A stretch of DNA of 63,245 bases, the filler included, from Asterionella formosa (taxonomy: Eukaryota): the NCBI GenBank assembly GCA_002256025.1. It is 10 parts of 10 records of this genome, joined end to end, with 100 filler letters (N's around TTAATTAATTAA, not from the genome) between each part and the next. Parts side by side here need not be neighbours in the genome. Positions count along the whole stretch, not along the records: positions 1 to 6,252 come from NKIB01012771.1; positions 6,353 to 12,604 come from NKIB01012772.1; 8 more parts are not named here. The stretch is one strand, 5' to 3'. Shown here piece after piece: positions 1-12,704 of the stretch. Below the pieces are notes generated by a model. The model was not told the origin of the DNA. It searched no databases and saw only the letters and a list, made by a program, of their open reading frames with translations. Position numbers and translations under genes: made by a program. Position 1 is the stretch's first letter, and each line of letters begins with the position of its first letter.

Positions 1-34
1 AGTTCCTTTCAACAGTTCCTTTCAACAGTTCCTT
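1..34 (+). repeat. 13-bp tandem repeat (AGTTCCTTTCAAC) x2.6 at contig start
   Basis: Units read directly at 1-13, 14-26 and a partial unit at 27-34. Confidence 0.8.
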
Positions 35-2893
35 GCCAGATCCTATATCCTGAAAATACACATAGCCCTAAAATGAAACACTCTTAAACTGACAAAAGGA
101 GGTTCACAGTACCGTCTTCCTGCACTGGGAATTTGAAATGACATCATTTCAAATAACTTTCCAGGTTCTTATATCTACTGCATACTCCTAATACTCTGGA
201 CTTGTGTTGCCCTCACCATGCCATTTTGGTGACAATTTTCGCCACCACTATCATGCATTCAGCTACCTGTCTCTGCTTACCAGCATCTTCCTCGATCTCT
301 CCAATTTTTAGCCAAACCAGGTGTGAATGGCCAACCAGTTCTCAACATCGCTGTTTGGCATTCCCATTTGCGTTTTCAACACCCATGTCCTTTACTGCGC
401 GCGACTCCTTCAGCAGCTTAACCTTGCGGATTTTATACATGCCCATTTTTTTGTAGGTACGAGAACAAACAGTGTACTAGCTCTCAATTTCTGTTTTTGC
501 TTGTCCAAATAAGCCTTCCATCCATCCTGCTTGCTTTCGTCTATATTTGCTGCTGCTGCTCCTCCTCAACCGCTAGCACTGCAGCATTTTCGAACTTTCT
601 CACCTGCCTCCACCACTCCCATCTGCCTCAGCAACCTCTACAATATACTAGCCTCTCCTTGTGCACATCAAATGGTGCAAACGCTCTCGATTTCTGATAT
701 TTCTTGCCCCAACGCCCCGCATCTGCGTATGATTCACTGATCTCTTGTAAGTGCTACATATGCCACAACCAAAAGCCCTGATATTTCCTCTAGTGATCTA
801 TCCTATAAAACTATGGGCAAATTTCTCCTCCATTAATATCATATAAGAGGCTAATGGGGACTGTTTCACTGCCGTAATAACTTCTGCCTTCAGTCAGATA
901 AGTCAACGAAGCACTGTAAAGGGAACAGTGCTTCAATGCAACCCGGCAACATACCCCTCCTCCAAAGAGTGCTCCAGTGCCAACCAACACACCATTATGT
1001 AATTGAGGCTAAAAAAATCTGTCAAATGGGATGAGATTCATGCGAAATTCAATTAAAAGCAAAAAGAATCACAAAAGAGGATATGGTACTTCAATGAAAT
1101 AGCATGTTTTAAGAAATTGAAATCTCACTGTAGTATGTACATTATTACCGAAGATGGTTAGTTATAGACATTAAGACTACTAACATGCATCATCTTTCTC
1201 GTAAAGATATAGAAAGAAATTTGTATTGATGAATCAACTGATGAATAAATGAAAATAACACAGATGATCGACAACCTTGCTTCATGTTCTCTGAAAATTT
1301 CAACAAAGATTTTCAATCGCATTTTGATGTATATATCTCTGAGCTTTGCATTTTGATGCCACAAGTATTTTCATATATTAAGATTTTAGCTTTAATTTAT
1401 AGAATTGCATTTTGATGTATTTTTCTATGAACGTTGCATTTTATATTGAAAATTGTGCTGTTTATGCCATAAGTGTTTTTGTATATTTAGATTTTAGCTT
1501 TAATTTATAGAAGGGATAACAATTCAAAGTCAGAAAGAGGGCTCCAGCGAAGTGGATGAGAGTGCATTGAAAAAAGTTTTAAAATGATTTCTGCCTGCTC
1601 TCCTATGACAGTAAATTGATTATGTGATGGCAAAGAAGGGGAAGGATTCGTTGAAGTAAATTTGCAGATAGGTTTGCCTAATGTGGAATCGGCCTTGAGA
1701 AAATTTTCTACTGAGTAAAATTGCAGCGAGTTCATTGCCAAAATATTTGTCAATAGGACCAATAGCTTAGTCGGTGTGATAGAGTTAAGGCAAGTTATTG
1801 GAGGGCTCTTTTCTGCTACTATAAATTGGAGAAGGAGGGAACGAATGAAATTAAATTTAAGGTAATTCTTAAAGATGAAAGCATAAGGTTGAATCAATTG
1901 ATAAACAGTTACCTATCGAACCACATAACGTCATGAGATGTGATTTTCAAATGTTATTGTATCTTTGTTGCGACCTGCGAAATTGAAACTTGACGAGGGG
2001 ATTGGGGATCTTTAGGACAAAATTATTTTAGCACATGACCATTATAATAAATTCTTATTGTAGGAGGAACGATATTACCGGAGATGAAAAATTAAAATAT
2101 ATTTCATCATTTCATAATGTGCCATCATCGGACGAATGTTGGTCATCTTCATTGTCATTTGTGGAAATATCTAGCACATTCAGGTTGAACTTGGAATAAA
2201 GTTTGATAGTTTTAGGGAAATACCGATGAACAGTCTTTTCCTGGCAGTTGTTTTCTCGTGACAACGATTGTACACAGGTAGTCTTAGTTCTTTTGGAATC
2301 TTTATTTGTGCTTTTGATGCAAAAAACAATAGTGTGACGTGTGTATGGGCAATTTCAGCGAGGCGCAGAATCAAGCAAAAGACACAATAACATACCACAA
2401 CATCATAATCATCTTTCAGTTAAACCCGAATTAAATAGCCGCTACAGCATATCCTCCCGGTATTCGCTATTTTTAGTGAGCATCAAAAGCGAAGCATCTA
2501 TATACTCCTCTTCGTTTCAATCCCCCAAACAGCATCACTAACCCAAGAACCATTCATGATTCCAAATGTATCGTTCCCAACGTGCAAGGACAAGATAGGA
2601 CACGGGATTCAATCCACTTCTCTTTTTGTCACAACCACAATGTCGAATCATTCATGTTATCATATATTATAATCACAAAGAGGATTCCAAGACCATAAAC
2701 AGCGTCGATTACTGTGCTCAGCACCACTGCTATCGTTGGCAGCACCAGCCACTGTTGGACCTCATCGAATGACTTGTGTTGGTGAATGGATCAATGGTCG
2801 AAAAAATGGACACAGTTGAAATTCTGGCCCAAATTCATGTCACCTGACTAGTCTTCATCCTTTGATTTCAGAAGTGATAAGGCTATTCTTGAC

Positions 2894-3259
2894 ATGAGTC
2901 CACACTATTTTCTTTCACCCTTGTGTTGAGCAGCATTATTGCCTGAAAGCACTTATCGGGCAGAAAGGATTCAGATGTGGGACACTTTCATAATATTTTG
3001 GCCTTCAGACTTGAGAATTGTATACCTCAAAAAAATTCTGTTGCCCTTTCCCAACCTGCATTAACCTAGTCACTTTGCACCATTTTTTCGCCTTTGGGAA
3101 ACCCCAATTGATCCATCATTGATCCCCCCATTAATTGAGATCCATCATTCATCCCATCAATAGAGAATGCTGCCCCCAAGCAATTGGTGACTCACAAGCT
3201 TACACAGCCACATGAGCTTGGGACTTCATCAACTGCTCATCATTGTAGAAGTGCAATCA
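2894..3259 (+). repeat. Interspersed repeat; second copy is split into 3794-3937 and 5886-6126
   Basis: ATGAGTCCACACTATT...CAGACTTGAGA recurs at 3794. TACCTCAAAAAAAT...AGAAGTGCAATCA recurs at 5886. Confidence 0.85.
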
Positions 3260-4879
3260 TATGCAAAACAATGCTTTGATGGAATCTTCACCTGGATGAT
3301 CATAGTGGACAACAGATTGGCATTAGATTCAACAATTGGCAAATCAAATGACAATGAACCAAACAAACTCTCTGGAATGACGAGCAAGGTTTTCATATTT
3401 GTGTTACTTAAAAGGATTCACCAATAGCCCTTCACGGGTTTTTTCCTACACAACCCGTGGTAACAGAGTAGAAGTCATGCTTTTACAACACTGGTCACAA
3501 TCATAATGGGTCGGGAGGAGAACGGAAAGCAACAAGGCGATCACAAAAGAAGACCCAGTCAATTTTAATTAAATGTTGTGGTTTGCATTGCCTGATCCAT
3601 TGCATGCTGCCACCAAATGTGGCCAAATGTGGCAGGTGAAGGTGATCTGTTCTCCTTGCGACCAAGACCGCTCCGAGATTTATTCGTGCCTGCAGAAGTG
3701 TTATTAAAAACGAGAACATCTGCTCGCCGTAATCAGTGGAACAAAAGAAATCTAAGAGTGGCACTATAGGTTACTGTTCTACATGAGAAAGTGATGAGTC
3801 CACACTATTTCCTTTCACCCTTGTCTTGAGCAGCATTATTTAGCCTGAAAGCACTTCTTGTCATGTGTAGATAGGATTCAGATGTGGGACACTTACATCA
3901 TATTTTGGCCTTCAGACTTGAGATTTGTATGCATACCCTAAATCCTATCCCAATTTTGAGAAAACGAGAAATTGGGGGTCTTTGTTCAGGTACCGTGTTT
4001 ACAAGTAATTCCCCAGAGTCTTTCTAGTTGAAATCTGTCTTTGTAGCTTGGGGTTCGAGTCTTCCTCATTCCTCTTATGTTTATCCATCACTAACAAGTA
4101 AGCATTCTGTGATGTTCTTGATGATGTGGCATCAATTTTGAGAGTTGAGCTTCCATTTGATCCAGTCATGGCAGTTTATTTGGACTTTGCTCAGTATTTT
4201 GTGATCATGACACCATCATGACATGGTCAAATTGTTCAGAATTATTTCTGGGATTTACCAAATTATGGCTGACGCAGAAGAAATTGATGATGTCTGAGCG
4301 GAAGTGGCCAACAAAGCGGAAGTGCCAGTGAGGATATTCTTTTTGAGCCTCTCTCTGTAAGGTTTTGGTTAGTTTCATCTGTGACGCATAAATTAAGGGA
4401 GGCTTCTTTGTCACACACCAATGAAGCATGAATGCCATGACTTTTGGATGAGAGTTTATGAGATAATTTGGAATAAATAGTCAAGGTGGGTGATCCATCA
4501 ATTTACAAGGCATGCACAATTAGTGGTTACCTCGAAAATTTCCACATGGCCATTTTCTTTGTTGAAGCTACATTGTGGAGATAAAAGGTGTTGTTTGCAT
4601 TGAGGCACATAGTACTATGCTGTAAGATGAAGAGTCAAGAGGCAACCAGAGTCAGAAAGGAAAGTCCATTGTACAGTGCCAATCCCAGCAACTCACAGTG
4701 AGACCAGAAGCAATGCCACCAAGGTGAGGGGAATGAAGGGTTGAAGAATGGGACTGAAAAAATTGGTGGAATAGGCAGAAACAGGACGTGAGACACCAGT
4801 GTCCCAAATGATGGTGAAGTGTTGTTCAAGGCCACCAAATAAGGAGATAGGGGGTTCCATTGCCATTTTTGTGGTACTA

Positions 4880-5487
4880 CATGAGGGTATCATTTTCACA
4901 CCTACATCGGAGTTTAAAATTGACTGTTTTGTCAATAGTGACTTTGCCAGTCTTAGGGCTAGGGTTATGATACCAAAAACTCGAATGACCCCATTTGCAC
5001 CAAATACCGCACTAGCTATCTCATCACCTTGTTGGCTATGCCCTTTTATGGGTTTCTAAACTACAAACCACTATTGTCCTTTCAACCATGCAGGCTGAAT
5101 TGTGTGCTCCCCACCAGCTGCCGTGACCTCATTCCTCTTTGCCACATCATTACTGAGGCTTCCACTGCTCGTCATGTGGCTGGTCCCCTTGCTGTTACTT
5201 CTTAATCTACCATTTATAAAGACAACAGTGTGTGCCTTTCCCAAGCCAATCTTCCAAAAATGAGTCCCCATACCAAGCACATTGCTGTTGCTTACTACCA
5301 TTGGTTGCTCCCCATCCATGAATATGTCCTATCTGGCATGCTACACATCCTAAGAATTGACACTGCAGTCAAACCCTGCTGACATTTTTAACAAAGGTCT
5401 AGTGGTTGCTGGGAAATTCACAGCTATTCGCAAATTTGTCTGCCGTCGATGACATTTTTTCTCCCTTGCTTAGCTGAGTGGGAGAGT
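4880..5487 (+). mobile_element. Degenerate Ty1/copia RT-RNase H C-terminal remnant with polypurine tract
   Basis: Frameshifted motifs EGIIFTPTSEFKIDCFVNSDFASL, WVSKLQTTIVLSTMQAE, IYKDNS, KMSPHTKHIAVAYYHW and NPADIF-KGL. PPT-like GAGTGGGAGAG at about 5476. Confidence 0.85.
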
Positions 5488-6252
5488 TCTCTCCAGAATT
5501 TTGGTTACCACATGATTTTTTTAGTCACTTGTCAACCAGCCCATTGTGGCTACTCCACTATTACTAACTTCTTGTCTCTCAACAGTCCTACTAATTTCCT
5601 GTCCCACAACAGTCCTGTCTATCGTGGTTGCTTACTCCACAATTAATCAGTTCCTGTCTCTCCAAATTGGCTGTTGTCAACTGGTGACTAGTACTCCTAG
5701 CTTCTACTTCATCCCTTAATAGTTAGCTCACTTTATTCCGAAATATAGAGGGATGAAAGTATGAATAAAATTTTGATTTCATGAATGCACTTGGCACTAG
5801 CCTATGGAAGTAGAGTACAAATTCCCTCATCCCTTGAATGCTGTAAGCCTCCAAAAATGAGTCTCACTTTCTTGTTTTCCCAAATTACCTCAAAAAAATC
5901 CTGTTGCCCTTTCCCAACCTGCATCAACCTAGTCACTTTGCACCATTTTCTTTCGCCTATGGGAAACCCATTGATCCATCATTGATCCCCCCCCAATTAA
6001 TTGAGATCCATCATTCATTCCATCAATAGAGAATGCTGGCCCCCAAACAATTGGTGACTCACAAGCTTACACAGCCACATGAGCTTGGGACTTCATCAAC
6101 TGCTCATCATTGTAGAAGTGCAATCAATCATAAGCGAAATTCGGAAATGTATTGAGCAACCTTTCTTGCAACCACACCATCCAGCATAGCCTTAATCTCC
6201 ATCTTTCTTGATTTCCATGATTTGCTAGAAAAGTAGCAATGAAGGAACAGTA

Positions 6253-6352
6253 NNNNNNNNNNNNNNNNNNNNNNNNNNNNNNNNNNNNNNNNNNNNTTAA
6301 TTAATTAANNNNNNNNNNNNNNNNNNNNNNNNNNNNNNNNNNNNNNNNNNNN
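6253..6352. other. Artificial contig linker N44-TTAATTAATTAA-N44
   Basis: Identical 100-nt six-frame-stop spacer, present nine times in the window. Confidence 0.98.
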
Positions 6353-6749
6353 CCCCACTCCTATGATCACTTATAATGAAGTGATTGGCATCCACAACAA
6401 CAACAGGAACAATGATGAATCTATTATTGAAGATGAAGAAAAGAGTTGTGGCAATGTTGATATGGACTCTGATTGTTCACAGAAAGGGAAGCCAGATGAA
6501 GCAGACAAAGACCCTGACTATGTTCTTAATTCGCAAAATAGCAGTGATGACGATGACAAGTCATTGCCTCTTCCTCCTCCTGTTGCAAAGAAGGAAACAA
6601 AAAAGAAAAAGGCTACAGTAGCAAAATCAACTCCTCCAAGCAGTGTTACATGTGCTCACTGTCATCAATGTGTACATGTGTGAGCAACACAGAAGTGATG
6701 TGTTGATGCTTGGTCAGCCTCCAACTATGGCTGAACTGGATACAAGGAA

Positions 6750-6878
6750 ATAATTCCCTGCAATCTGAATTTCCAGCATGGAGGTGAGTTTTTTGAATGC
6801 TCTGTGTGACATTCTGTATGTCTTCTCGAAAGCAATCTCGTGATTGAGTTTCTTGACATGTGATTGCCAGGAGATTCT
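6750..6878 (-). mobile_element. PIF/Harbinger-like transposase N-terminal remnant
   Basis: Minus strand reads RISWQSHVKKLNHEIAFEKTYRMSHRAFKKLTSML. This resembles the W..HV..L..E..F...YRMS..AF.KL..LL motif that precedes the Harbinger DDE domain. The catalytic part is absent. Confidence 0.6.
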
Positions 6879-7518
6879 TTTGTGGTGCCAGCCACTTGTG
6901 CCTTTGTTGTCGTCGTCGTTCAGATGACTGAAGCTGCCGTTTACAGCGTCGCCTTTGTCATTTGGATGAGTGTTCTTTTTCCTCTGCTTCCTTAGCTAAA
7001 AGACAGAGGAAGAAGAAATCAAGATCACTACTGTCATCATCATTATCATCAAGTAAATCAAATGGTGACGGCATGATTCATGCAATGATGTGACCGGTAA
7101 TTATATTTTATGTTGCTGCTTGATATCAAGACCATCATTATACTCTGGAGGGGTATACACATGATCGTCGCCAGCCAGTTGCCATTGAAGATCCATGTTA
7201 CTCCATGGTACAATGTGATCACAAATTTGTGATACAGTGACACTTTTGGAATGAATGAAATTCAGTTCAAATTGAGTTACCATTGCTGATACATTTTCAA
7301 AAAAATTCAAATTGCGTGATACACAAAAAAAATGATAAGAATGGCCCTTAGACCAATATCTAAACAAGATGACACAAATGTTTATATTCCACTTAGAAAT
7401 CATTCTCTCTTAAAGTTTAGCCTCGCAGCTGGGGTCACAAGCTAGTGAAAAAACACTCACATCAGAATGAACACAAAATACACTGTCACCAGATAATCTG
7501 GGTAACGAATAAACCTTA

Positions 7519-8903
7519 CTACTCCAAGTTCAATTCATGGGTCAGCTCTTCAATATCATTAAACTCGTCGGGATGAGGGATACCAGCTACCGGACAGCAC
7601 GCCACACCTATAGTACGACGAGTCACCATCTCGGCCATCTTTTGGGCCTCGAGTGGCGCCGTGACCCACTTATTGTAGAATTCGAAGGGACACTCGGCGA
7701 TTCCTTTGTCACCATCCCCGTTAGCGAAAACTCCAGTGTACCCACTATTTCAAGAATAGGGTAAGATCAAGCTGGAAAGCCAGGTTCTACTTAAGTGCAT
7801 ACTTCATCTGATTGACGTACCGATGGGTCAACTTGAACAACTGGTTTTGACTTTGATCGTTGGCACTGTGAAAAACATTTCAAGCAAATATTGAGTAGGG
7901 TATATATTTTGGACCCACATATTTATTCCTCTACACAAGCATTGTTCCATACACAATTGACTCACCGAGCATCACGGATTCCAGAGATACTCAATTGAGC
8001 ATATTGTATCCCATTTATCTCGGTTCCACATTCGCCTAGAGTTCTCCCGTCTGCCCCGATTATGGCCGAATGACCAAAGTAGGTGTAGACCCCATCAAAG
8101 CCGGCAGCATTCGCAACAGCCACATAGACTTGATTGCACCATGCCATTGTCTTTGAGACCAATACTTGCTGTTCTTTAGCGGGATACATGTATCCTTGAG
8201 GACGAATGACAAGTTCCGCTCCACGCATGGCACAGTCTCTCCAAATTTCCGGATAGTTTCCATCGTCGCAAATAATCATGGATACTTTCATGCCCTTTGG
8301 ACCTTCTGTCACAAACGTACCCAAATTACCAGGGGTCCATCCCTCAATGGGCGTCCAAGGCAAGAGTTTGCGGTACTTTTGCACAATATCTCCCTGGTCA
8401 TTGATCAAAACCAATGTGTTGTAAGGGTTTTTCCTTGGGTGCTCTTCATGCTGTTCACCAGTCAAACTAAAGACGCCCCAAGTTTTGGCTTCCTTGCAGG
8501 CTTCGCCAAACATATCTGTCAATGGACCAGGAATAGTACATGCCGTATCAAACATTTCCTGGCGATCGTACATGATCCCCATGGTGGAGTACTCGGGAAA
8601 GACAATGAGATCCATACCTGGGAGGCCCGTCTTGACACCCTTAACAATCTCACAAATCTTTTTGGCGTTATCCATCACTTCCTCATTAGTATGGAGACGG
8701 GGCATGGGATACTGAAAGACACATACTCCGACAGTATCTGTTTTGTACAAGTGATATCATCAGGTAGCGAGCAAGGGCGAGAGAGCGACGGCAAACGACC
8801 AAGTTAGAAGGAAGGAAGAAAGCAAGCTGCTAGGACAATAATCATTCAACACAGCACGGAACAGCTCACCTGGTGTGCTCGAGATATCACCATGGCGTGA
8901 CAT
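7519..8903 (-). CDS. amiE: Aliphatic amidase (nitrilase superfamily, AmiE-like), 358 aa; exons 8903-8870, 8737-7966, 7865-7821, 7744-7519
   Basis: The spliced product [16 protein letters not shown]...PEYS...YRKLLPW...[16 protein letters not shown]...[23 protein letters not shown]...ECPFEFY is collinear with bacterial AmiE. The Glu-Lys-Cys triad is intact. Three GT-AG introns (132, 100, 76 bp) restore the frame. Confidence 0.95.
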
Positions 8904-9169
8904 GATTAATTGAATTCTCTTGATTGCTTGATCAATTTCTTGATATTCACAAGGAACATGGAAGTTGTGAAATATAGCTACTCTGCGCCAAAGTACTGCG
9001 GATCTCTAATTTTTCTTGATTGACGAACGTTTTCATGAATTGTATGTGAGCAATGTACCGGTAGGCGCGTTGAATGGATTCAGAGGAAACTTCGATTCAG
9101 AGGAAACTTCCCTCCAGAGGATGGGAAGGACGATGACAGTCTTCATTGCGATCTATCATTTTTTACTAT

Positions 9170-9530
9170 GAAGTACCGGTACCGGTATTCCGAAATCTAA
9201 CAAGAAGCAACAAAGAAAACAGGAATTGAGCAATTTACCAGCTATTTTGTTCGTAGTAGCAAACCGTCTTTTACCGCACCTGGCTTCCCCAGTACCAGGT
9301 CGTACCTGGTACCAGTACCATGCGCCCGTATCAGTCTCCTTCAAACCACGGTGCCCGTCATTGCAGCACCAGGTACTGTACCTGGTACGATCGTCCCAAC
9401 GAATCCTGATGTCGGCTGGCAGCTACTCCGAGTACCAGGTAACTGTATTGCGGATCAGTACCTGGTACCAGGTACCCGGGACTATTATGGTACCAGGTGC
9501 CCGACCAGCGGTGTACATGCCGGCATCCTA
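9170..9530. repeat. Cluster of TA-CCWGG-TA / TA-CCGG-TA units between the divergent amidase and thioesterase genes
   Basis: GTACCGGTACCGGTA, GTACCAGGT, GTACCTGGTACCAGTACC and GTACCTGGTACCAGGTACCCGGG are read directly. Confidence 0.85.
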
Positions 9531-9722
9531 CTATCTTGAGGTAGACACTTGATGTTCGCTCATCGTCACTCGATCCTTTGACGAACAAGCTGTAGATGAG
9601 CGAGTCCATGCAAAGTCGAGATTATGACAAGGGAACGCCGACTTGTCATTATTCTCAATTTTGTTTCCATCGGACTCTAATTTTCTTGTTGTGGCTTTGA
9701 AAAACTGAACGATGATAACAAA

Positions 9723-10622
9723 ATGAAGTCCATGATTCGAGTCACTATACCAGTAGTCTTTTATATCAACATGATAGCCATTCGAATCCGAGCGTTTCAG
9801 GTGAATCCTTTGACCAAGCCTAAAAACACGCCACGTCCAATGTGGGCAGAAGTGCCCAGCATTGTGATTTCTCCACCATTCCAAGTGTATATTGAGGACA
9901 CGGACGCGTATGGGGTCATGTACAATGCAAACTATCTCAGAGCGTATGAACGTGCACTTCAACAAACAAACGGCACAGTGAAAGCAAACGATTGGGCAGT
10001 GATTAGGGTGGAAAAGCATAAATTCAGGTCTTCTCCATGCCTCGGTGGAAGATACGAGGTGGTATGTGAATTGAAAGATAAAAATGACGACGTGGAACAA
10101 TGGAACTTGATAATGCGTGATGTTCAGTGTACGTCCATAGTATATAACTCAGCATTGGTGACCATTGGATCCATGGAACGCCACCTGCCTCCTTGTTTCC
10201 CTTCCCATGATGGTTTGTCAATTGAAAATACATTTACTCCCTTTCGAGATGAGTTTGAGGGATGCATAATACCAATTCGAAATCAATTGAATTTCTTTGA
10301 ACGAGCGAGAAGTAACTTTCTAGGTGGACCTGCTACTCTTCGTAAACTACACGAGGACGGACTTGTGTTTGTGGTGACATCGATTGATCAAGGCTCTCTT
10401 ATCGATGCTCCACCATATCGTCATAGTCATCCTAAATCCGTTGATGTTCTTGTGGAAACAAAATTTGTCACAAAACGAAAAGGAATGATTTTGGAATGTC
10501 AGCATACATTGTTCTCAGTGGACAAGGCAAAGGGTGAAAGACATCGGATTGGTCAGGCCATTGTTACAATCATGACATTGAATGCAACAACTCGTCGACC
10601 AACATCCGATCTCCCTAAATGA
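9723..10622 (+). CDS. Tandem hotdog-fold acyl-CoA/ACP thioesterase (YbgC/4HBT-like), possibly plastid-targeted
   Basis: FQVYIEDTDAYGVMYNANYLRAYERA is a 4HBT-type active-site motif. A second repeat reads LNFFERARSNFLGG. The hydrophobic N-terminus ends in RA-F. Confidence 0.8.
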   Translation: MKSMIRVTIPVVFYINMIAIRIRAFQVNPLTKPKNTPRPMWAEVPSIVISPPFQVYIEDTDAYGVMYNANYLRAYERALQQTNGTVKANDWAVIRVEKHKFRSSPCLGGRYEVVCELKDKNDDVEQWNLIMRDVQCTSIVYNSALVTIGSMERHLPPCFPSHDGLSIENTFTPFRDEFEGCIIPIRNQLNFFERARSNFLGGPATLRKLHEDGLVFVVTSIDQGSLIDAPPYRHSHPKSVDVLVETKFVTKRKGMILECQHTLFSVDKAKGERHRIGQAIVTIMTLNATTRRPTSDLPK

Positions 10623-11954
10623 TTACAAGACATGATGGCTTTGGAATAATTTGTATTTTGGCTTTATTTCAACACATGGTCATCAAAATCAGTCCAGTCA
10701 CTGCTAGATTCACGTTGGCCAACAATGCACTCTGATAGGAAGTACAGCACCTATATACTTTCTTGGCAATCCCCACCCTAGCTATCGTCTTGCTTTTCAA
10801 TGAGAACTGTGAGTGTTTACGTAACTTTTGGTATCTAAGTAATTTTTATTTTGGGGCAATATGGGGCACATTGGATTTTTTGGCAGTCAATTTTAGGTTT
10901 GAGCAGCAGGGACCATCAAGCAATGTCAGGAGTAGAATTTTCATGCAAAAGCAGCCACATCAAAAATGGAAGGAGCCCCAAATATGCATGAAAAATTGTC
11001 ACAAAAGAATGATTGTAACAAGCATCGAAAAATTCAAGATGATGTTTTTAAGCAACCAAAGCATGAAACGGAAATCAAAAGGTAAGAAGCAACAATGACA
11101 ATCAGGGAGTAGAATAAATAGTGAAAAGAAATTGAGTTAGTGGAAAATTCATTTGAAAAATTGTCAATTCATGTTCATCAACAAACGCCAACTTACACTT
11201 CTTTCATGTTGTTGAAGCAAATAAATGAAATGTTCAATCAGGTCTGGAGAAGCCGGAACTAATAGTTAAAGCGGCTTGGGAGCCAATGTTTCTGAAATAA
11301 CTGTGACTTGTGGTGGCTGGTTGTGGAGGAAGCAAGCAGCACCAGTGTGAATGTAAACTTTGGTGGCATCGGTTTGGTGTCGTGATGTTACTATATTGTA
11401 GGAGAAGGAGAAAGATGACCCGCCCAAATGGCTGGATTTTTCAAGGAATGGGATCAAGATCAACATCATGGTGGAAAATGGAATTGTGCGCAGTGATGAG
11501 GGCGGGTTCACTCAGAAGAAATTAAAGTATGGCCAACGACAACAATCAACCTGCCTTGTCAATTGCGTTAGGTGTGGTGTGGCATTGGAGCATGGTAGTA
11601 CATTGAATGTCATGTTGTTGTCGTGAATGATTTAGCTCATAATGATTTCTTTTTTTTGGAAATCATTTCAGTTGCTGCTTTGGCTGGTGGAAATAACAAA
11701 TCCGACTGGCGAATCTTGTTCGACAATGTGAAAAGGAGTTAATTACAAAAGGTATTGAGTTTCAGAGAAGAATGAATGGAAGCAAGCATACTCAACAATC
11801 TACATAATGCACCAATGCTTGTGACTTGTTTTGGGACATTAGGAACATTGCAGCTACTATAGCTGGAAGGATCAAATGTGATGCTGGCTCCTTGGATATT
11901 TGGATTGTGAGTAAGATATACATCGTCGAGATGTTCTGTGTGGAAAACAATATA

Positions 11955-12602
11955 CCGTATACTTCATTGTCCTGGACCCCCCCTATGGTTGCTGGACCCC
12001 CCTGTACATTTTTCTCGAGGTGGAACCAAACACCCAATAATTTTCTTGTCATAGACAAAGTAACGTGCCATAATTCTTTTTGTCCTCGTAGGCACTAGTA
12101 TGTAATAATTTAGCTACCATTTTGCGATTCTTTTGTACATACAAAACACAAGAGACGACAGGTACTGGCTGTGAGCAGCTGGAGAATCCTTCATGATGTT
12201 GTCGCAACCTTGACCATGACGAAAATACCAATTATCTCCACGAAAATAGAGAACGACGCTTTGCTACTTGCTACCTGTATTAAGAATGACATCGAAAATA
12301 CAATCGTAAAAGAAGTAAAGTAATAACACTAATAATGACAACGAAAATTGAGATCGCCGATAACAACATGAAGTCGCGTTTTTCTTGCGAGGTGAAGAAC
12401 TCTCTCATTTTTCACGAGACGGAAATAATTGTCATATTAATACATCTTAGAAAAATGTGCGCTATCCTGTAGAACTAAAGAAATTTACTTAGGTCCATTA
12501 TAAGGGAAATCTCTTCATTGTCCTGGGCCCCCCTTAAGTAAAATCAGTCAAATTCAGTCACGGCAGTGTACATTGGGGGGTCCAGGACAATGAAGTATAC
12601 GG
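11955..12602. mobile_element. 648-bp MITE with perfect 28-bp TIRs and TA target-site duplication (Tc1/mariner-pogo type)
   Basis: TA|CCGTATACTTCATTGTCCTGGACCCCCC (11955-11982) and its exact reverse complement at 12575-12602|TA. Internal subterminal copies of the TIR motif are present. No transposase. Confidence 0.92.
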
Positions 12603-12604
12603 TA

Positions 12605-12704
12605 NNNNNNNNNNNNNNNNNNNNNNNNNNNNNNNNNNNNNNNNNNNNTTAATTAATTAANNNNNNNNNNNNNNNNNNNNNNNNNNNNNNNNNNNNNNNN
12701 NNNN
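12605..12704. other. Artificial contig linker
   Basis: N44-TTAATTAATTAA-N44. Confidence 0.98.

Noticed and set aside
730..880. Minus-strand GLLVVAYVALTRD resembling PIF1/Helitron helicase motif VI
   Set aside because: A single short match. The expected upstream TIHKSQG motif is not recognisable, so it is too weak to call.
8166..8807. Long antisense ORFs over real genes (also over the mPPase, copia pol, CobW and E2)
   Set aside because: Shadow frames of genuine coding sequence with no independent motifs.
9156..9609. Short ORFs rich in VPGTWY/YQVPG (also near 16000-16600, 29860-30100, 50703, 60840)
   Set aside because: They are translations of the (TACCWGG)n motif, with no domain or coding signal.
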